From the NCBI GenBank assembly GCA_051870655.1, contig JBJECC010000082.1, positions 1-50,908 of the forward strand: 50,908 nucleotides of DNA, read 5' to 3'. Of this stretch, positions 46,736-50,908 are shown in pieces. Both the position numbers and the translations under genes were made by a program. Each line of letters starts with the position of its first letter. Position 1 is the stretch's first letter. Under the pieces are notes generated by a model. It did no database searches, was not told where the DNA came from, and was given only the letters and a program-made list of their open reading frames with translations. This DNA is from Parabacteroides sp. Lineage in GTDB: Bacteria > Bacteroidota > Bacteroidia > Bacteroidales > Tannerellaceae.

Positions 46736-49546
46736 ATGAAACGATTGATATCTGCGATTAGCCTGCTTCTGTGTCTGCTGACGGCCTGGCCGTCGGCAGC
46801 ACAACAGGAGCTGCAACCCCTTCCGATCGACCCGAAAGTGCGATACGGACATTTGGAAAACGGACTTACCTACTATATCCGACACAATGAATTGCCCAAA
46901 GAACGGGCTGATTTCTACATAGCCCAGAATGTCGGATCCATCCTTGAAGAAGAGAACCAGCGCGGACTGGCCCATTTCCTCGAACACATGGCGTTCAATG
47001 GCAGCAAGAATTTTCCCGGCCACGGAATGGACGATTTCATCGAACGTGCCGGCATGCGCAACGGGGAGAATTTCAATGCCTACACCAGTTTCGACCAGAC
47101 GGTCTATATGGTGATGAACGCACCGGTCAATCGGCCGGGTGTGGCGGACTCCTGCCTGTGGATCCTGCACGACTGGTCTAATTGTCTGACCTTGTCGGAT
47201 GAAGAGATTGAGAAAGAGCGGGGTGTGATCCGCGAGGAGTGGCGTTCGGGCCGCGATGCGCAGACGCGCTTGTGGGAACAGCAGTTGCCGAAAATCATGC
47301 CGGGCAGCCGCTATGCCAACCGGTTGCCCATCGGTGACATTGACGTGATCGAACATTTCAAGCCGGACGAGTTGCGTGCCTATTACAGGAAATGGTATCG
47401 TCCTGACTTGCAGGCTATCATTGTAGTGGGCGACATTGATGTGGATCAGACCGAACAACAGTTGAAAAAGATATTTGCCGACATTCCGGCTCCCGTGAAT
47501 GCCGCCGAACGGAAAGAGGAGCCGGTGCCCGACAATGCCGAGCCGCTGGTTTCCATCGCCACTGACAAGGAATCGACCCGCACCCTGCTCTATCTGTTCT
47601 ACAAACATGACAAACTGCCGCGTGAAGTGCAAGCCACTGTCACCGGATTGGTGTATAACTACATTCAGTCCGTCGCGTCCACCATGATGGGCGAACGTTT
47701 CGACGAGATTCTCCAGCAGGCCAATCCGCCTTTTGTGGATGCCGGCGTGTATGACGGTGATTTCTTCATGGCACGTACGAAGGGAGCCTGGACGGTGGTC
47801 GCCTTGGCCAAAGAGGGAGAGATTGATTCCACGATGACCACGTTGGTGCGTGAGACGGAGCGCCTGCGGCAGCATGGCTTCACGGCGTCGGAGTATGAGC
47901 GGGCACGTGTGAATGTGTTGAAAAGCTATGAATCGGCTTATAATGAACGCGATAACCAGAAGAACCGCAGTTACATGATGGAGTATGTGGACCATTTCAC
48001 CAATGGCGGTTCCATTCCCGGCATTGAGCTGGAATATACGCTGATCAATCAGATTGCCCCCGCCATCACGGTGGAGCAGGTGAATGAGTATATCCGGCAG
48101 ATCCTCACGGAGCAGAACATTGTCATCAGCCTGACAGGACCGGAAAAGGAGGGCCTCTCCTATCCTACCGAACAGGAGCTGCTCGCCTGGTTCCAGCAGG
48201 CACGCCAGTTACCGGTCGAACCCTATCGGGAGACGGTCTCTGACGAACCGCTCATCCCCGTGTTGCCTGCGCCGGGCTCGATTGTGAAAACAGAACAGGA
48301 CGACCGGTTCGGCGCCACACTGTTTACCCTCTCCAACGGAGTCCGGGTGGTCGTCAAGCCGACGGAGTTCAAGAAGGACCAGATTCTCATGACGGCCACC
48401 AGCCCGGGCGGCACCTCGCTTTTCGGAGAGTCCGATTGGATCCATCTGAAGGTCTTCAACCAGGCCATTAACCTGGGCGGTTGGGGAGAGTTTGATGCGG
48501 TGAGCCTCAACAAACGGCTGGCGGGCAAAGATGTCTCTTGTACGCCTGCTGTGGGATTGGACGATGAGAGCCTGAACGGATCTGCCGTGCCGGCCGATCT
48601 GCAGACCCTGTTCGAGCTGATCTATCTGCAATTCACGGCTCCGCGGAAAGATTCCGAGGCCTTTGCCTCGTTCGAGACACGCCTGAAAGCGCAACTCAAG
48701 AACCAGGAACTCAATCCGATGGTGGCATTCAGCGACACGGTCACGCAGGTCGTCTATCACAATCATCCGCGGACACTCCGGTTGAAAGAGGCCGATTTCG
48801 AGCGGATCAGTTATGACCGCATCCTGGAGATGTATCGGGAGCGTTTTGCAGACGCGTCCGATTTCCTCTTTACGTTTGTGGGCAATGTCAATCCGGACAG
48901 CATCCGTCCCTATCTGGAGCAGTATCTGGCCACGCTGCCGGCCCTGCACCGTGTGGAAAAGGCGGATCTGACGACGATCGCCCGTCCGCTGCCGGGAGAG
49001 CGCATCAGCCGTTTCCTCCATCCGATGGAGACTCCGATGGCGAGTGTGCTGAATCTGCTTTCCGGACGGGTGGACGATACGTTGGAAAGCCGGGTGACCA
49101 TGCAGATGCTCAAGCAGATATTGGATTTGGTCTATTTTGAGAAGGTCCGTGAGGAAGAGGGCGGCACGTATGGCGTCCAGACCTCTGCCGGAATTTCCCA
49201 TTTCCCGGAAGGGGATGCGCTTCTGCAAATCTATTTCGATACGGAACCGGCCAAGCGCGAGCGGATGAATGCGATCGTGTGGGCAGAATTGCAGCGGATT
49301 GCTGAGGAGGGACCGCGCGAAGTGGACTTCCGGAAGACACATGACAATCTGTTGAAGCGTCATGCCGAGCAGTTGCAGGAGAACAGTTATTGGCTGAATA
49401 CGCTGGATGTCTATTACTATCGAGGCTATGATGGCCTGACGGACTACGAGGCAACGGTCCGTTCCGTCACGCCGGAGAAACTCCGTGCTTTCACCCGGAG
49501 TCTGTTGTCGCAGGGCAACCGGATCGAGGTCGTCATGGAGCCATAG
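46736..49546 (+). CDS. PqqL-like M16 zinc peptidase, exported
   Basis: Signal peptide; LENGLTYY, GLAHFLEHMAFNG, NAYTSFDQTVY, ERGVIREEWR, second lobe TLSNGVRV, VREEEGGTYG. Confidence 0.92.
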   Translation: MKRLISAISLLLCLLTAWPSAAQQELQPLPIDPKVRYGHLENGLTYYIRHNELPKERADFYIAQNVGSILEEENQRGLAHFLEHMAFNGSKNFPGHGMDDFIERAGMRNGENFNAYTSFDQTVYMVMNAPVNRPGVADSCLWILHDWSNCLTLSDEEIEKERGVIREEWRSGRDAQTRLWEQQLPKIMPGSRYANRLPIGDIDVIEHFKPDELRAYYRKWYRPDLQAIIVVGDIDVDQTEQQLKKIFADIPAPVNAAERKEEPVPDNAEPLVSIATDKESTRTLLYLFYKHDKLPREVQATVTGLVYNYIQSVASTMMGERFDEILQQANPPFVDAGVYDGDFFMARTKGAWTVVALAKEGEIDSTMTTLVRETERLRQHGFTASEYERARVNVLKSYESAYNERDNQKNRSYMMEYVDHFTNGGSIPGIELEYTLINQIAPAITVEQVNEYIRQILTEQNIVISLTGPEKEGLSYPTEQELLAWFQQARQLPVEPYRETVSDEPLIPVLPAPGSIVKTEQDDRFGATLFTLSNGVRVVVKPTEFKKDQILMTATSPGGTSLFGESDWIHLKVFNQAINLGGWGEFDAVSLNKRLAGKDVSCTPAVGLDDESLNGSAVPADLQTLFELIYLQFTAPRKDSEAFASFETRLKAQLKNQELNPMVAFSDTVTQVVYHNHPRTLRLKEADFERISYDRILEMYRERFADASDFLFTFVGNVNPDSIRPYLEQYLATLPALHRVEKADLTTIARPLPGERISRFLHPMETPMASVLNLLSGRVDDTLESRVTMQMLKQILDLVYFEKVREEEGGTYGVQTSAGISHFPEGDALLQIYFDTEPAKRERMNAIVWAELQRIAEEGPREVDFRKTHDNLLKRHAEQLQENSYWLNTLDVYYYRGYDGLTDYEATVRSVTPEKLRAFTRSLLSQGNRIEVVMEP

Positions 49547-49665
49547 GGATCCGGGCGCACGAAGCCCGGAAAAAATACCCTGTTTATGGGATTGTCCGGG
49601 CGGAAGGACCCTCCTATCTTTGTCTCCATTTATGAGATAGATGATCCATTCCAAATAGAGACAAT

Positions 49666-50634
49666 ATGGCAACGATAGAAGAATTGAAGGAGCGCGTCAT
49701 TGGCGGAGGATCGCTGACCGAAGCGGAGGCGTACGGTCTGTTGGAGACTCCGGACAAGGAGGCGCTCTATGATGCGGCGGGTGAGATCACCCGCCATTTC
49801 GGCAAGCCCGCATTCAATCCGTGCAGCATCATCAATGCACGGGCCGGGCAATGCTCCGAGAATTGTAAGTGGTGTGCCCAATCGGGCCATTATCATACGG
49901 ATTCCGATGTACATGGCATCGTGTCGGCTGAACAGGTGCTTGACCAGGCTCATTATGACGAGCGGAAAGGAGTCAAGCGGTTCTGTCAGGTGACCAGCGG
50001 ACGCAGCGTGAAGGGTGCCGCCTTGCGGAAGGTGTGTGAGAACTATCGGGCGTTGCGCCGGGAGACCAACCTGTTCCTTTGCGGGTCGCTGGGACTGCTG
50101 ACGAAAGAGGAGCTGACCGAGCTGTGGGAGGCGGGCATGCGCCGTTATCACTGTAACTTGGAGGCGGCTCCCTCCTACTTTCCTTCGCTCTGTACGACCC
50201 ACACAATCGACGAGAAGCTGCAGACGTTGCGCTGGGCGCGCGAGGTGGGCTTTGAATTGTGTAGCGGCGGCATCATCGGCATGGGGGAAACTCCGGCACA
50301 ACGGGTTGAATTGGCTTGGAAACTCCGTGAGGTGCAGCCCGATTCGATACCGATCAATATTTTGGTGCCTATCAAGGGCACGCCTCTGGCCGACACGCCC
50401 CCGATCAGCGACGAAGAGATTCTGACCACAGTCGCCATCTTCCGTTTCCTCCATCCCAAGGCAGAACTGCGTTTTGCCGGTGGCCGTGCCCGGCTGTCGC
50501 GCGAGGTCCAGTTGCGTGCGCTGAAGATCGGCATCAACGCCGCCGTGGTGGGAGACCTGCTGACCACCGTCGGCTCCAAGATTGACGAAGACCGCCAGTT
50601 GGCCTCCGATGCGGGGTATCGGGAGTCCAATTAA
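49666..50634 (+). CDS. bioB: Biotin synthase (radical SAM)
   Basis: CSENCKWCAQS (CxxxCxxC), YHCNLE, LCSGGIIGMGET, SIPINIL, LRFAGGR, GDLLTT; -7 TATCTTTG at 49615-49622. Confidence 0.95.
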   Translation: MATIEELKERVIGGGSLTEAEAYGLLETPDKEALYDAAGEITRHFGKPAFNPCSIINARAGQCSENCKWCAQSGHYHTDSDVHGIVSAEQVLDQAHYDERKGVKRFCQVTSGRSVKGAALRKVCENYRALRRETNLFLCGSLGLLTKEELTELWEAGMRRYHCNLEAAPSYFPSLCTTHTIDEKLQTLRWAREVGFELCSGGIIGMGETPAQRVELAWKLREVQPDSIPINILVPIKGTPLADTPPISDEEILTTVAIFRFLHPKAELRFAGGRARLSREVQLRALKIGINAAVVGDLLTTVGSKIDEDRQLASDAGYRESN

Positions 50635-50659
50635 TCCATAGATTTGTGTATGTCTTCCA

Positions 50660-50755
50660 TCGGAAGGAAGGCATACACATGCCATCTTCCTCTTCTACGT
50701 AATCAATTTCCTGTTGCTGTTTTGTACGCCAGAACCAGGAAGAGGGAAAGCCCAC
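50660..50755 (-). pseudogene. Fragment of an AAA-ATPase with DUF4143 C-terminal domain
   Basis: Minus frame reads SWFWRTKQQQEIDYVEEEDG; the expected YAF continuation (tat gcc ttc) is in a shifted frame; no upstream ATPase sequence seen. Confidence 0.6.
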
Positions 50756-50908
50756 CTTGTTGGATCAGTTCATCATTGATTTTTAATAATTTAGGGACTG
50801 TCCGGAAATGTCGAATATTTCCTAACAAATTAATTGCTAATGTGTTAGAAATTTCCTATCTATTCTTATGAACCTCGCAAGAGTTCTGAGCGATTATTTT
50901 CAGTTCTT

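Noticed and set aside
49550-49576. Hairpin TCCGGGC-N7-GCCCGGA after the PqqL-like gene as a terminator or REP
   Set aside because: Followed by an A-run rather than a U-run and seen only once; function cannot be supported.

Overview
Core chromosomal region of a Bacteroidales bacterium, most like Parabacteroides/Tannerellaceae (Bacteroidetes TAnnTTTG promoters, DUF6383-type surface protein, MurF-Alr fusion, SdhCAB/FrdCAB, homodimeric GlyRS). About 35 intact genes, mostly housekeeping: dgt, pepC, DEAD-box helicase, kdsD, ybeY-mnmG-uvrC-dtd-MazG-like-deoC, polA, ispB, murF/alr, fabI, sdhCAB, glyS, bioB and several peptidases. A canonical parS site lies right after mnmG. The non-routine signals are: (1) two copies, 29 kb apart, of a degenerate non-coding 22-bp tandem array with internal dyads about every 11 bp, each just upstream of a minus-strand promoter in a divergent intergenic region; (2) a four-gene, translationally coupled CsgG/FlgT-like + lipoprotein + DUF4810-like + DUF799-like envelope operon attached to the murF/alr transcript; (3) a free-standing ~80-nt sRNA candidate with its own promoter and terminator whose 5' half reads as antisense to a start-codon region; (4) a 1125-aa surface protein gene with a steep internal GC gradient; (5) decayed HigBA and DUF4143-ATPase remnants. 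No CRISPR array, rRNA, tRNA, integrase or intact transposase was seen. All family assignments come from motif recognition by eye, not database searches.
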